A DNA stretch of 64,000 nt from Synechococcus sp. (GCA_047285535.1 JBJBDC010000001.1:1504136-1568135), one strand, 5' to 3'; shown: positions 19,908-31,262, counted from the stretch's first letter. The notes: generated by a model not told the origin, from the letters alone. Program-made: numbers and translations.

Positions 19908-20456
19908 TCAGCTCACCTTGGCGAGTGCAAGACCAAGGCGTCGAACCTGACCGGAGAGGCTGGCATCGATCACCTGAGAGCCAAGGTTGACGACGAAGCC
20001 ACCAATGAGCGATGAATCGATCTTGAGATCAATTTCAACAGCATTGGTACCAGCCATTGACTGGACTTTGGTCGTCAGTGCTGCTTGCTGTTCTTCTGAT
20101 AGAGGTTGAGCAGAACGAACGTGTGCCAAAGCGATATTCCGAGACTCTCGGTAAAGCTCGAGATAGCGCAAAAGCACTGCTTCAAGGGCCGGAAGGCGCT
20201 GACGATCAGCCAGAACCTTGAGCAAATTCATCAAAGAAGGGGCCACTTGCTCAGAGAGAAGGCTGGTTAAGGCTTTCTTTTTTGCCTCTGGCTCGAGCAC
20301 TGGAGATGTCATCGCATCGCGAAGAGTCTGAGAACCATCCCAAGCAGCGAGAAGACTCTTGCACTGAGTGGCAACGTCTTCAGACTCATTACGAGCCTCT
20401 GTGACCTGAAGCAGAGCTTCGGCGTAAGGAGTGGCTAGAGAATTTAAAAGAGGCAT
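19908..20456 (-). CDS. atpH: ATP synthase F1 delta subunit (cyanobacterial atpD)
   Basis: LATPYAEAL and LIGGFVV..GSQVIDASL; operon position. Confidence 0.97.
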   Translation of the reverse strand: MPLLNSLATPYAEALLQVTEARNESEDVATQCKSLLAAWDGSQTLRDAMTSPVLEPEAKKKALTSLLSEQVAPSLMNLLKVLADRQRLPALEAVLLRYLELYRESRNIALAHVRSAQPLSEEQQAALTTKVQSMAGTNAVEIDLKIDSSLIGGFVVNLGSQVIDASLSGQVRRLGLALAKVS

Positions 20457-20980
20457 CAGACATCCTCCAAGCGGGAGATCGAGGAATCGATAAGCTCAGA
20501 TTGAGCCTTGGTGTCGAGGCGTTTGGGGAGTTCAGTCAATGCTCTATCAATTGCGGAAAGAGCGGCCTCGCGACGAAGCTGTTCAGTGAGGCGAGCACCT
20601 TCCGCATTGAGATCAGCCAACGCGTCCTGCTTAATAGAAGCCATGGCCTGAATCGTCCGTTTCTCTCCGTCAGTACGAATGGCTTCAGCGCGCGCCTTAC
20701 CATCTTCACGAATTTTTTCAGCTTTTTGCTGAGCAGCAGAGAGCTCTTTTTGTGCTTTGGACAAGTCTTTTGTGGCCGTGCTCAAACGCTTTTCAGCATC
20801 TTGAAGATCCTTAAGGATGGTCTCCCGTCTGCGATCAAGCGTGCCTCCCAGAAATCCTTTCAGGAACCAATACAAAACACCGATCACGATGACCAGGTTG
20901 ATCAAATTGGTTTCAAAAAGATTGAGGTTGATTCCGAATCCACCCTCAGCGGCAATCAAAGGAAAGAGAGAAGTCATCAT
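20456..20980 (-). CDS. atpF: ATP synthase F0 subunit b
   Basis: [10 protein letters not shown], then TM and coiled coil. Confidence 0.96.
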   Translation of the reverse strand: MMTSLFPLIAAEGGFGINLNLFETNLINLVIVIGVLYWFLKGFLGGTLDRRRETILKDLQDAEKRLSTATKDLSKAQKELSAAQQKAEKIREDGKARAEAIRTDGEKRTIQAMASIKQDALADLNAEGARLTEQLRREAALSAIDRALTELPKRLDTKAQSELIDSSISRLEDV

Positions 20981-21441
20981 GCAGCTAGCAGTCGTTGAAT
21001 GATCTGTGAGCTGAGTTGATCAACCTGAGCCATCAACTTTGATTGGGCAGATTCACGTTGAGACTCAATTTCTTTACGAGCTTGTTCTCGAGTGCGATTG
21101 GCCTCAGTTTCCGCAGCCGCCAATGCTTCGCGGTAGAGAGAATCAACTTCCGTTTCTGCTTCAACAATGGCTGCCTGAGCAGCTTGTCTGGCACCGCGAA
21201 GTTGATCTTGAAGATCTGCCTCGAGTCGCTTCACTTGCTCAAGCTTTTGCTTGGCATCGGCAAGACTCGTATTGATATATCCCTCACGATCTTCCACGAC
21301 CTTGCCAACTGGCCGGAAGAACAGTGAATTAAGCAGAAAGGTTAGGAGAACCACCTGAAGTGCCATTAAGGGCAAGGTGGCATCGAGGTCAAAAAGACCT
21401 CCCTCCGGAACCGCCGCTTCAGCGAACAGAAGCCAGGTCAT
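20977..21441 (-). CDS. atpF2: ATP synthase F0 subunit b' (cyanobacterial atpG)
   Basis: [14 protein letters not shown]. Confidence 0.96.
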   Translation of the reverse strand: MTWLLFAEAAVPEGGLFDLDATLPLMALQVVLLTFLLNSLFFRPVGKVVEDREGYINTSLADAKQKLEQVKRLEADLQDQLRGARQAAQAAIVEAETEVDSLYREALAAAETEANRTREQARKEIESQRESAQSKLMAQVDQLSSQIIQRLLAA

Positions 21442-21490
21442 GGAAGAGTTGAGCTGGAGAGGAGCGAAAAATTGCGTAGAGAGTCTTTAA

Positions 21491-21521
21491 GGGAGTGACC
21501 TTACAAAAAGGGGACACTCCC
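21491..21521 (-). other. stem-loop just downstream of atpE (mRNA stabiliser or partial terminator)
   Basis: GGGAGTG...CACTCCC inverted repeat with additional inner pairing. Confidence 0.5.
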
Positions 21522-21531
21522 GAACTCTGCA

Positions 21532-21837
<306 letters not shown>

Positions 21838-21839
21838 TC

Positions 21840-21906
21840 ACCCTGCGCAGGGACACCGTCTCTAAAGAAAGTGGGCCCGAATCTTGAAGTCGGACCTGCG
21901 CGCAGA
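21840..21906 (-). ncRNA. ATPC RNA motif (cis-element between the subunit a and subunit c genes)
   Basis: Minus strand folds into a three-way junction: GCGCAGG/CCTGCGC, GTCCGA/TCGGGC, CAC-TTTCT/AGAGA-C-GGTG. The location matches the described ATPC motif; boundaries are approximate. Confidence 0.75.
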
Positions 21907-21947
21907 AGTTTTTAGCAGACGAACCTTTAGGAAAGGCCGTTGATTGC

Positions 21948-22673
21948 CTAGTGCGATTCGTGGAGGCCTTCGCCGATGTAGAAGGCCGCAAGAGTCGCAA
22001 AAATAAGAGCCTGAATAGCACTGGTGAAGAGGCCGAGCAACATCACCGGAAGGGGAACAATGAGGGGCACCAGATAAACCAGCACACCAACAGCTAATTC
22101 ATCCGCAAGAATATTCCCGAAAAGACGGAAAGAAAGGGAGAGAGGTTTTGTGAATTCCTCAATGATCTTGAACGGGAGCATGATTGGGGTTGGCTCCACG
22201 TAAAGCTCGAAGAATCTCAAACCCTTCTTGCTCAGACCTGCGTAGAAGTAGGCCAGCGACACAAGCAGAGCCATCGCCACAGTGGTGTTGATGTCTGCAG
22301 TTGGGGCACCGAGTTCTCCTTCGGGGAGTTCGATCAGCTTCCAAGGGATCAGTGCGCCACCCCAGTTACTGACAAAGATGAACAGGAACAGGGTGCCGAT
22401 GAAGGGAAGCCATTCGCGGTAATACTTCTCTCCAATCTGATCACGGGCGAGATCACGCAGGTAATCCCACATGAACTCAAGAAGGTTCTGCACACCTTTT
22501 GGATCGCGATCAAGCTTTTGAGTACCAACAAGCACAAGAGCTAGGAGGGCACCGATCAAAATCCAGGAGCTGAGGAAAACCTGGCCGTGCAGATTGAGAT
22601 TACCGATCTGCCAATACAGGTGGTGGCCAACCTCCAGTTCGGCGAACGGCAGTGAGAAAGGCAGCAAAGCCAT
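21948..22673 (-). CDS. atpB: ATP synthase F0 subunit a (cyanobacterial atpI)
   Basis: PTADINTT and [18 protein letters not shown]. Confidence 0.99.
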   Translation of the reverse strand: MALLPFSLPFAELEVGHHLYWQIGNLNLHGQVFLSSWILIGALLALVLVGTQKLDRDPKGVQNLLEFMWDYLRDLARDQIGEKYYREWLPFIGTLFLFIFVSNWGGALIPWKLIELPEGELGAPTADINTTVAMALLVSLAYFYAGLSKKGLRFFELYVEPTPIMLPFKIIEEFTKPLSLSFRLFGNILADELAVGVLVYLVPLIVPLPVMLLGLFTSAIQALIFATLAAFYIGEGLHESH

Positions 22674-22698
22674 GAATGCAGAAGAGGGATGCGCGGAA

Positions 22699-23082
22699 TC
22701 AGCCGTCGAGAACGGTCTGAAGAATCAAGGCGGGCTTGTAGATGAGAAAACCCACAAATGCAGGCAAAAGATCGAGTTGGGGGAATCGAGCTGCCGAAAC
22801 GATGAGAACGATCGGGACAACGAGCTGAAAACGACCAACTTGACGGGAAGTTCCACCGAGCCGGGCCACGCTGCGGGCGAGTAATCGCAAGTAAAGAAGA
22901 CCAGCGACTGCTCCAACCAGCAGGCTTCTAGCCACAAAGAGGTCGAAGTAAAACGATGCGAACAAAACCGCAACGAGAGAAATGACCACCGTGGCCAGCA
23001 TCAGTCGAAATTGAAGCCGAGCAAAATGCTCCATTCCATTTCCAGCCGGGGATGACCCCTCGGCTGAATCTGTGGAGGGCAA
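22699..23082 (-). CDS. atpI: ATP synthase protein I (Atp1)
   Basis: 4 [11 protein letters not shown] and GFLIYKPA; first gene of the atp operon. Start uncertain (TTG 23082 or ATG 23034). Confidence 0.88.
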   Translation of the reverse strand: MPSTDSAEGSSPAGNGMEHFARLQFRLMLATVVISLVAVLFASFYFDLFVARSLLVGAVAGLLYLRLLARSVARLGGTSRQVGRFQLVVPIVLIVSAARFPQLDLLPAFVGFLIYKPALILQTVLDG

Positions 23083-23138
23083 GGCTTGCAATGAGCGCCT
23101 GAGAAAGCGGGCGGAATCTATCACGCGAATCAACTTTC

Positions 23139-24341
23139 TTAGCCACCTGTCCCTTCAAGAAGGAGCAACCTCCTCTGGAACAGATCCCTTGCAATCGAGG
23201 CAGTGTTCACGCCGGACTGAAGGTTTCCAAGCTTGACCCCAGGGTTGTTCTCAACAACGCTCAATAGCTCAAAAGCCTCATCGGAGAGTGATTGAGGCTC
23301 AAAATCTGGGCCCAACAAACTGGTGGAAGGCCAACCCCACAAACAGGGCTGGCAACGAGCACTTGCTCCCAGCAAGATCGAGTCGTCATCCCATGAGATA
23401 GGGAGGATGGGTTGGGCACTCAAAAAAAACTCAAAGTGACTGATCTCAGGATCAATTTGCTCCACGAGTGTCCATTGATCCAACGGCTTGAGTGATTGAG
23501 CGCGAGAAAGCAATTCACCCTTCAGCAATCGGGCCGGGTTCCATACGGAAGGATTCGAGAAGCCAGCAAAATGAAGTCCCGATGACTGGATCAACCTCAT
23601 TAAGGCCTTAAGGTCATAACTGCTCTCCTGAGGATGCAAATACATATCGGCAAAATTGGCATCGGCTTGGGTATCAAGTGCCCAACGCTGCTCGTGGTTA
23701 CGACGTAAACGATTCGTCTCAGGCAAAGCCGATAAAAGCTCACGCCCCAACCTGAGGCCATCCCCACCTGTTCCCGCTCCGAGCAGCGCAAGAGCTTGCT
23801 GGGTGCGATGAATCTCCCAACGGCCAGCATCGGCGTAAAGAAAGAGGTGAAGAAGTCCTTTAGGGGCTAAGAGCTTGCCAAGAGCTTTCAATCCAGCCAG
23901 AGGGTCACTCAAATGATGCAAAACCCCTACTGAGTTGATGTAATCGAAACAAGTTTCATCATGAAGATCCAGCAAGCTTTTTTGTTCCTGACGGAGGGAT
24001 CGAACCCGATCTGCTCCTCCAGAACGACGAAGACGCTCACGCGCAACGTCTAAAGCGCCCGCACTGATGTCGACAGCCAACACTTCCGAGCCTGGATTGA
24101 GATGGCAGAGATAGTCCGTGCTGACACCTGTGCCACAACCTGCATCAAGAATGCGAACAGGGGTCTTATTGGAATCATGTGCTTGGAGCTGTCCCCTTAC
24201 AAATGAGAGCACGCTGTCATGGCACCACCGCCAGTTGTACCCGGGCGGAGGACCGTCTTGACAAGGATCTCCTGGATAAGGAAAGCGGTCATAAAAGTCG
24301 CTCACGACTGGGGTAGCCAAATCCGAGGGTTGGGAATTCAT
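23139..24341 (-). CDS. class I SAM-dependent methyltransferase
   Basis: ILDAGCGTG, GVLHHL and FADMYLHPQE. Confidence 0.9.
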   Translation of the reverse strand: MNSQPSDLATPVVSDFYDRFPYPGDPCQDGPPPGYNWRWCHDSVLSFVRGQLQAHDSNKTPVRILDAGCGTGVSTDYLCHLNPGSEVLAVDISAGALDVARERLRRSGGADRVRSLRQEQKSLLDLHDETCFDYINSVGVLHHLSDPLAGLKALGKLLAPKGLLHLFLYADAGRWEIHRTQQALALLGAGTGGDGLRLGRELLSALPETNRLRRNHEQRWALDTQADANFADMYLHPQESSYDLKALMRLIQSSGLHFAGFSNPSVWNPARLLKGELLSRAQSLKPLDQWTLVEQIDPEISHFEFFLSAQPILPISWDDDSILLGASARCQPCLWGWPSTSLLGPDFEPQSLSDEAFELLSVVENNPGVKLGNLQSGVNTASIARDLFQRRLLLLEGTGG

Positions 24342-24498
24342 AAGGCCACCAATTCTGGGAGTAGACGCTCAAGGGAGCATTTCATGGAAGACCCCCATAG
24401 AGCTTCAAACCTCATCAGAGCTGCAAACATTTGTTCATGGCTACCCAGAAGCCTGAATAATGAGCCCTAATCTGATGCGATCCGGCTTGCTCTCGTCC

Positions 24499-27400
24499 AT
24501 GACAGTGACCGCCAGTAGCGGCAGCCCAAGGGTCACCCCTCAGCTGTACGACACCCTGCCGCTCTCCAGTCTCCGTCAGGCGGAACAACAAGACCGCTTT
24601 CCAGACGGGGGTGAACTCGACACCCTGATCACTTTTTTCCGGAGTGGGAACGACAGGATTGAGGCTGCGCGCCTTCTTGCTGCAAACGCAGAGTCAATCG
24701 TTGCTAGGGCCGCCAACAGAATTTTTGTGGGAGGAACACCTCTCTCATTCTTAGAAGCGCCTCTAAGCACTGGCGATGAAAACATCAACACCACCACGCC
24801 ACTAGCCGCGGACCAAGCTGCTTTTCAGGCATCTGTTCAGACCTTCACTGGAGCTCAATCCAGTAGTAAGCGCGGCAATTTATTTACTCGTCTATTTCAG
24901 GGCAATGATGAGGGCGATGTTCGCGTCGTTCTACCAACTGGTTTCACCGCCATCAGCGTTGCCAAGTACGGCCCTGGAAAGATGCGGAAATCAGTACGCG
25001 ACCTGGGATGGTTCTTGCGCTATGTGGGCTACGCCTTGGTGGCAGGTGATCCAAGCATTCTCGCTGTCAATACTCGTGGATTGCGAGACTTGCTTGAAAA
25101 AGGATGCTCCCTGCTCGCGACGAACGTGGCTTTGCAAGAAATGCGTGCAGAAGCTTCTGCTCTTCTTCGAGACCGCCCCGAAGCCCGTCGACTCACCATC
25201 GAGTGTTTCAACGTTCTGCTTAAAGAGCTATCTATTTCAACCCCTTCCACCCGTCAGAAGTTAGGCAGTTCCGTTAGCCAAGGACTGCAACTGCCAGCGA
25301 TCTATGCCTTAGCAGCAGAGTCTGCTCAGCGGTTTGACATGCGTCCAGGGCTCTCAGGCGCTGAAAAAGCAGAGATTGTGCGCGCTGCTTATCGCCAAGT
25401 GTTTGAACGTGACATCGCAAAGGGTTACTCTCAAACTCCATGTGAATTAGAGGCTAGTCAGCTCATCCAAGGCAAATTATCAATGCGCGAATTTATTCGC
25501 GCGCTTGGAAAAAGCAAGGAATATAGGGCTCAGTTTTATGGACCATTTGTCAACAGCAGAGTAGTGGAACTGGCCTATAGGCATTTTCTTGGGCGTGGCA
25601 TCAGTTCCATCGAAGAGTTTCGAAAGGCTTTTTCGATAGTTAGTGATCAGGGGCTCAATGGACTGATCGATGTCCTCATCAATGGTGCGGAATACTCACA
25701 AACCTTTGGCGAGGAAACAGTTCCATATCTACGTGATCTTGGCGAAGAGGCACAAGAAAGCGCAGGCTGGGGATCCAATCGTCGCTTGTTCAGATTTAGT
25801 GCCCCTTTCGAGGGATCACCGCAATACATCACTCTTTACGCGTCCTATCGCCAACCCCTAAGCGACCAGCACGTTTACGGTGGCGGCAATGACCCTATTG
25901 GCAACCAATACGGCGCCATTTTTCCTTCTGCCACTGCTTCTGTATCTACACGCCCTGCACCCTTCGGATACGACACCCGCAGACTTTTAGTCAGCAATGG
26001 TTTGGCCCAACCGGGCCAAATGGACAGTCCCCAGTTCCGCAGTAGCCAACCACGGAGTGTTGGGCCCAAGGTGGTGAGATTGCAGCAGATCGCCACCGGT
26101 GGAAACTCAATTCCGCGACGTGGAGGACAACCAAGTGTTCGTTCAACCGAAGTCAGTACTCAAGCTGTCATCAAAGCGGTCTATGTACAGATCCTTGGGA
26201 ATAATGGTTATGCAGGCGAAAAGTTAACCAGTAATGAGAACAAACTTGAAAATGGTGATATCAATGTACGGGAGTTTGTTCGTCTCGTAGCACGATCCAG
26301 TGCATTCCGTCGGCGTTATTGGGAAGGCCTCTACATTGCCAAAGCCATCGAGGTGATGCACCGCCGTCTTTTGGGAAGACCCACGTTTGGCCGTTGGGAA
26401 ATCGATGCCCTCTTCGATACGGCAGCTCGAGAAGGATTCTACGGTCTAATTGATGCTCTTGTGGGCAGCAAAGAATTCTCTGAGTGCTTTGGTGATGACA
26501 CTGTTCCATACGAACGCTTCATCACCCCAAGGGATCTGACTAGTCGACGTGCGCCGACATGGAAAGAGCCACTCAATCTTGAGGCTCAAAGTCAATTCAG
26601 GCAAAGCCCAAGACCAGAAATCAAATCAGATCACAAATTTAGATCTTCAGGAGATATTACGCCTAGGAATCTCCAACCCAAAGCTAACAGCACCACTGAC
26701 TTCTGGTTGACAGCCTCGCCACCTCGCCAAACCGATACACGTGAAGCTTCATTCTCTATTACCAAACCTGACAGCACTCCAACGACCCAAAAAGAACCAA
26801 CATGGGCAAGGAAAGTAAGCTTCAAGGGTTCAGCTTCTCCTGAGATCCCTGGAGCGCGACTTAGTAGAGCACTAGATGATCAGGATTCTGCTGGCTTTGC
26901 CAGCAGAATTGGCATCCCTTCCTGGATCGAGCTTAAGGCTCCTTTCACTGAAGAAGAATTGAAAACTGCAGTCGATGCAACCTACCGACAACTCCTGAAT
27001 CGGGTGCCTCTCGATCATGAGCGGCTGATCAAAGTTGAATCACAGCTGCGCAACCAAAATATTAATTTGGCTGACTTCATAGAAGCAGTGGCGCTGACCG
27101 ATACATTCCAAGATCGGCTCTCGCGCATCGCCCCCCTTCGTGTTGCGTCTGCGGCAAGTCTGGCATTACTTGGTCGTGCGGCTACCCCTTCAGAAACAGC
27201 TGAATTCCTCAAAGACCGGGCCAATAAAGGGCAACGTCATGCCATACGCAACATGATGAAGCGTCGAAATACTGAAGATTGCAATCGCCTTTTGCAGATC
27301 AAACTCGGATCATTCTCTGGGAAGACACCATTCAATGATTTAAATAAAAACAGAGCAGAAAGAATACTTGCGCCCACTCAACTCACCAGCGGTCCGCAAC

Positions 27401-28050
27401 TTGAAGCCTTAGTTTTTCCCTCTACCGATACACCACTATCAACGCAACGCACCAGCGCCCAAACGAAAGCAATTTTAAAACAAGAAGGGCCAAATACTAA
27501 GCTTTCGAGTGCTCTTCAGACTACAGATGCAAGTGGCTTTGCAAGGAGAGGAGGAATTTCCTCACGCATTCAATTAAAACCTCCATTTACCGAAGAAGAG
27601 CTAACAATCGCGATTAATGAGACTTATCGACAGCTACTTAACAGAATCCCTTTGGACGAGGAGCGACTATCTTCCGCCGAATCACAATTACGCAATGAAG
27701 ATTTGAACCTTTCAGGTTTTGTTAAAGCCATTGCCATAAGTGACGCCTTTCAAAACCGCTTATCCACCATGTCTCCACTTCGATCAGCAGCGGCCGCAGG
27801 ACTTGCGCTTCTGGGACGCGCAAGTACACCTTCAGAAGTTTCAGAGTTTCTGAGGATTCGCGCACGCGATGGTCAACGGGAGGCAACTCTTTACTTCCTA
27901 GACCAAAGGAATCAAGACGAGGCCGATGATGTCCCCAGAATCAAAGGCATGACCACTGCTCCGGGACAAGACCAAGCCACAGTCATTCGGACATCAATGC
28001 TCTATAGAGGAAATGCAGGACTAAACCCGCCCACTAACCAACCCTTATAA
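24499..28050 (+). CDS. apcE: phycobilisome core-membrane linker LCM with four REP domains
   Basis: MTVTASSGSPRV start, phycobiliprotein domain with chromophore Cys (EKGCS), and REP domains (AAYRQVFERDI, AVYVQILG, two TYRQLLNR). ATG 24499 preferred. Confidence 0.97.
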   Translation: MTVTASSGSPRVTPQLYDTLPLSSLRQAEQQDRFPDGGELDTLITFFRSGNDRIEAARLLAANAESIVARAANRIFVGGTPLSFLEAPLSTGDENINTTTPLAADQAAFQASVQTFTGAQSSSKRGNLFTRLFQGNDEGDVRVVLPTGFTAISVAKYGPGKMRKSVRDLGWFLRYVGYALVAGDPSILAVNTRGLRDLLEKGCSLLATNVALQEMRAEASALLRDRPEARRLTIECFNVLLKELSISTPSTRQKLGSSVSQGLQLPAIYALAAESAQRFDMRPGLSGAEKAEIVRAAYRQVFERDIAKGYSQTPCELEASQLIQGKLSMREFIRALGKSKEYRAQFYGPFVNSRVVELAYRHFLGRGISSIEEFRKAFSIVSDQGLNGLIDVLINGAEYSQTFGEETVPYLRDLGEEAQESAGWGSNRRLFRFSAPFEGSPQYITLYASYRQPLSDQHVYGGGNDPIGNQYGAIFPSATASVSTRPAPFGYDTRRLLVSNGLAQPGQMDSPQFRSSQPRSVGPKVVRLQQIATGGNSIPRRGGQPSVRSTEVSTQAVIKAVYVQILGNNGYAGEKLTSNENKLENGDINVREFVRLVARSSAFRRRYWEGLYIAKAIEVMHRRLLGRPTFGRWEIDALFDTAAREGFYGLIDALVGSKEFSECFGDDTVPYERFITPRDLTSRRAPTWKEPLNLEAQSQFRQSPRPEIKSDHKFRSSGDITPRNLQPKANSTTDFWLTASPPRQTDTREASFSITKPDSTPTTQKEPTWARKVSFKGSASPEIPGARLSRALDDQDSAGFASRIGIPSWIELKAPFTEEELKTAVDATYRQLLNRVPLDHERLIKVESQLRNQNINLADFIEAVALTDTFQDRLSRIAPLRVASAASLALLGRAATPSETAEFLKDRANKGQRHAIRNMMKRRNTEDCNRLLQIKLGSFSGKTPFNDLNKNRAERILAPTQLTSGPQLEALVFPSTDTPLSTQRTSAQTKAILKQEGPNTKLSSALQTTDASGFARRGGISSRIQLKPPFTEEELTIAINETYRQLLNRIPLDEERLSSAESQLRNEDLNLSGFVKAIAISDAFQNRLSTMSPLRSAAAAGLALLGRASTPSEVSEFLRIRARDGQREATLYFLDQRNQDEADDVPRIKGMTTAPGQDQATVIRTSMLYRGNAGLNPPTNQPL
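26851..27888 (+). repeat. diverged internal tandem duplication in apcE (642-bp offset)
   Basis: PFTEEEL...TYRQLLNR.PLD.ERL...ESQLRN...LALLGRA.TPSE..EFL occurs at 26941 and again at 27583. Confidence 0.9.
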
Positions 28051-28670
28051 TCAACAATAATTGATATTTAGAATCCTATAAATAGAATTCAATAAAATAA
28101 CCAGTCAAATTCGACATCCTCACCAACTGAGCGTGTCACATTCGACTCCCCTGTCCACCTCAGCGAATAAGTTCAAATCACATCAATATCCCTATCAAGA
28201 TCATCCAATCACTTCAAAACCTTCGCCATGCCTCAGACAACGCGACATGGAAAGCCCAACAAGAAAAAAATCCCATAGCGAAATAGCTTCATATCACTTT
28301 CAAGAAGCCTGAGAGAATCTTTCCAGCTGCATATTTTTAAACAGCAAATTTTTAATCATAAACTTCTCGCCGTAAGGAATCTCACTGTCGACGCGGCAGC
28401 AATGAAGATCTGTTACCGATTCAGAAGCGATTCTTGAGGTTGTTGGACAATAAAGCCGCGTAAGTTGGATTTGGCCACCGCCATTCCCAACTTCGCTGAG
28501 AAAGGTCAACAGATACAACATCTGCACCCTTTTCAGCGTGGATTTCCAGTCCAACCCCCAAGCCGCGCTTAAGCTGCTTACAGATCTCTCAAAGAGATCG
28601 CCAAATTCACCCAACATTCACCGGCATATCGGCCTCCTTCGGGCGGCCGCTTGTTTCGAGGTAGAACTGC

Positions 28671-29156
28671 ATGAGCATCGTCTCCAACTCGATCATCAAC
28701 GCGGACGCCGAAGCCCGCTATCTAAACCCTGGCGAATTGGACCAGATCAAGTCCTTCGTCAGTGGAGGACAGCGTCGCTTGCGTGTCGCACAGGTTCTCA
28801 GCGAGAGCCGTGAACGCATCGTCAAAACAGCAGGCGGCCAGCTGTTTCAAAAACGTCCTGACGTCATTTCCCCTGGTGGCAATGCCTACGGCCAGGAGAT
28901 GACAGCAACCTGTTTACGAGACATGGATTACTACCTCCGTCTTGTTACCTACGGCGTAGTTGCTGGCGACGTCACTCCGATTGAAGAGATCGGCGTGATT
29001 GGGGCCCGTGAGCTTTATCGCTCTCTTGGTACACCTCTTGAGGCAATGGCTGAGGCCGTGCGCGAAATGAAATCAGCTGCCATGAGTCTCCTCACGGGCT
29101 CAGATGCCGAAGAGGCTGGCTTCTATTTCGACTACGTGATTGGCGCCCTCGCCTAA
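28671..29156 (+). CDS. apcA: allophycocyanin alpha subunit
   Basis: [18 protein letters not shown] and [11 protein letters not shown]. Confidence 0.99.
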   Translation: MSIVSNSIINADAEARYLNPGELDQIKSFVSGGQRRLRVAQVLSESRERIVKTAGGQLFQKRPDVISPGGNAYGQEMTATCLRDMDYYLRLVTYGVVAGDVTPIEEIGVIGARELYRSLGTPLEAMAEAVREMKSAAMSLLTGSDAEEAGFYFDYVIGALA

Positions 29157-29198
29157 ATCAACGGAATCACCCACCTTCCACGCCACTTCATCTGATCC

Positions 29199-29687
29199 AT
29201 GCAAGACGCGATCACCAACGTCATCAACAAGTCGGACGTTCAAGGCCTTTACTTGGACACCAACTCCATGACAAACCTTGAGCAGTATTTCACCAGTGGT
29301 GAGCTGAGAGTCAAGGCTGCCGCCACCATTAGTGCTAACGCGTCTTCGATCATCAAAGAAGCCGTAGCCAAGTCGCTGCTTTACTCGGACATCACCCGTC
29401 CAGGCGGCAATATGTATACAACTCGTCGTTACGCGGCTTGCATCCGCGATCTTGACTATTACTTGCGCTATTCCACCTACGCAATGCTTGCAGGCGATAC
29501 ATCGATCCTTGATGAGCGTGTCCTCAATGGTCTAAAAGAGACCTACAACTCTTTAGGCGTGCCGATTGGGGCAACAGTTCAAGCGATCCAAGCCATGAAA
29601 GAAGTAACAGCTTCCTTGGTTGGTCCTGATGCAGGCAAGGAGATGGGTGTCTACTTCGACTACATCTGCTCTGGTCTAGGTAACTGA
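29199..29687 (+). CDS. apcB: allophycocyanin beta subunit
   Basis: [10 protein letters not shown] and [16 protein letters not shown]. Confidence 0.99.
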   Translation: MQDAITNVINKSDVQGLYLDTNSMTNLEQYFTSGELRVKAAATISANASSIIKEAVAKSLLYSDITRPGGNMYTTRRYAACIRDLDYYLRYSTYAMLAGDTSILDERVLNGLKETYNSLGVPIGATVQAIQAMKEVTASLVGPDAGKEMGVYFDYICSGLGN

Positions 29688-29888
29688 ATGCGACTCTTCA
29701 AGGTCACAGCCTGCATCCCCTCACCGGAAAAGGTTCGTTCACAGCGTGAACTTCAAAACACCTTTTTTACGAAGTGGGTTCCGTATGACAGCTGGTTTGC
29801 TGAACAACAGCGAATTCAAAAACAAGGTGGCCGCATCATCAAAGTTGAACTTTGTACAGGTGGCCTTCAAGTCAACGTTGGAAACTGA
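29688..29888 (+). CDS. apcC: phycobilisome small core linker Lc7.8
   Basis: MRLFKVTACIPS..RSQRELQNTFFTK..EQQRIQKQGG. Confidence 0.98.
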   Translation: MRLFKVTACIPSPEKVRSQRELQNTFFTKWVPYDSWFAEQQRIQKQGGRIIKVELCTGGLQVNVGN

Positions 29889-29915
29889 TAGCCAAATTGC
29901 CGAATTCCATCGTTC

Positions 29916-29940
29916 AAGCCCGGCCTTCGCCGGGTTTTTT
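29916..29940 (+). terminator. intrinsic terminator after apcABC
   Basis: AAGCCCGGC-CTTC-GCCGGGTTT followed by a T-run. Confidence 0.85.
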
Positions 29941-30008
29941 GTTGTCTTGGCTTGGCAAAACGTTCAGATGACGGCTGAATAGGTGTCGGACTATTTATCT
30001 TCTTTCTC

Positions 30009-31262
30009 TTGAGCGACACCAGCGTGACCTCCAGAAGGAGCCAACCCACGCAGAGGGGGGCGTCGAGACGCTCTAAGAACTCACCAACATCACCAACTGA
30101 TGCACGTGCTTTATTTGGGCGATGGTTACCTCTCGATTGGTCACTCTGGCCAACAGAGGCAAGACTCCTGCTCAGCCTTACGGCCATCTGGTGTGTTGCT
30201 GGACTGCTGGTGTTGGCTTCAGCTAGCTGGTGGGTTGCCGCCCGAGAACAGGGAGAAGGTGCTTACTACCTAAAACGTCAACTGGTCTGGATGGTGGCCA
30301 GCTGGAGCCTGATGGCTTGTGTTGCCTCAACAACTCTCAGACGCTGGTTAAAAATTGCAGGCCCAGGCCTCTGGGTCGGCTGCTTGATGGTTGCAGCCAC
30401 ATTGGTCATGGGCACAACTGTCAACGGGGCGAGTCGCTGGCTCGTCATCGGTCCAATCCAGATCCAACCATCAGAGTTGGTTAAACCGTTTGTGGTCCTC
30501 CAAGCTGCCAATCTCTTCGCCCATTGGAAGCGGAATGCACTAGATCAAAAACTGCTTTGGCTAGGAAGCTTCGCAACCCTGGTTCTGCTCATCCTCAAAC
30601 AACCGAATCTGAGCACCGCAGCGCTGATCGGTCTTTTGATTTGGCTCATGGCCTTTTCAGCAGGGCTTCCTTTAATTCAACTTTTTGGAACAGCACTCGC
30701 TGGAGGTCTACTTGGAGTTAGCAGCATCCTGATTAATGAATATCAGCGGTTACGGGTAATCTCGTTTCTCAATCCATGGCAAGACCCCCAGGGCGATGGT
30801 TATCAACTGATTCAAAGCCTTCTGGCGATTGGATCAGGGGGGATTTTTGGCCAGGGATTCGGATTATCAACCCAGAAACTGCAGTATCTACCGATCCAAA
30901 GCACAGATTTCATCTTTGCTGTTTACGCCGAGGAGTTTGGTTTCGTTGGATCTGTGATGTTGCTGTTATTTCTCATGCTGATGGGCTTTTTAGGGCTTCG
31001 TGTTGCTTTGCGCTGCCGAAGCAATCAGGCAAGACTGACAGCGATTGGATGCTCGACGCTTCTGGTTGGACAATCACTGATGAATATTGCAGTGGCTTCA
31101 GGTGCAATGCCCACAACGGGCCTTCCTTTACCACTCGTCAGCTATGGGGGGAATTCACTGCTCTCCAGCATGGTCACTATTGGGTTGTTAATTCGTTGCT
31201 CTTTGGAATCCACCGGATTAATCGGTGGCCGCAGCCAGCGCGATAAGCGTCGACGTGGATAA
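30009..31262 (+). CDS. ftsW: SEDS family peptidoglycan polymerase FtsW
   Basis: NGASRW, QPSELVK, QSLLAIGSGG, TDFIFAV..EEFG and PTTGLPLPLVSYGG. Confidence 0.93.
   Translation: MSDTSVTSRRSQPTQRGASRRSKNSPTSPTDARALFGRWLPLDWSLWPTEARLLLSLTAIWCVAGLLVLASASWWVAAREQGEGAYYLKRQLVWMVASWSLMACVASTTLRRWLKIAGPGLWVGCLMVAATLVMGTTVNGASRWLVIGPIQIQPSELVKPFVVLQAANLFAHWKRNALDQKLLWLGSFATLVLLILKQPNLSTAALIGLLIWLMAFSAGLPLIQLFGTALAGGLLGVSSILINEYQRLRVISFLNPWQDPQGDGYQLIQSLLAIGSGGIFGQGFGLSTQKLQYLPIQSTDFIFAVYAEEFGFVGSVMLLLFLMLMGFLGLRVALRCRSNQARLTAIGCSTLLVGQSLMNIAVASGAMPTTGLPLPLVSYGGNSLLSSMVTIGLLIRCSLESTGLIGGRSQRDKRRRG

Noticed and set aside
28300..28813. ORFs 28300-28617 (-) and 28538-28813 (+) in the apcE-apcA spacer
   Set aside because: No recognisable motifs; they overlap the apcA promoter or CDS and are most likely spurious.
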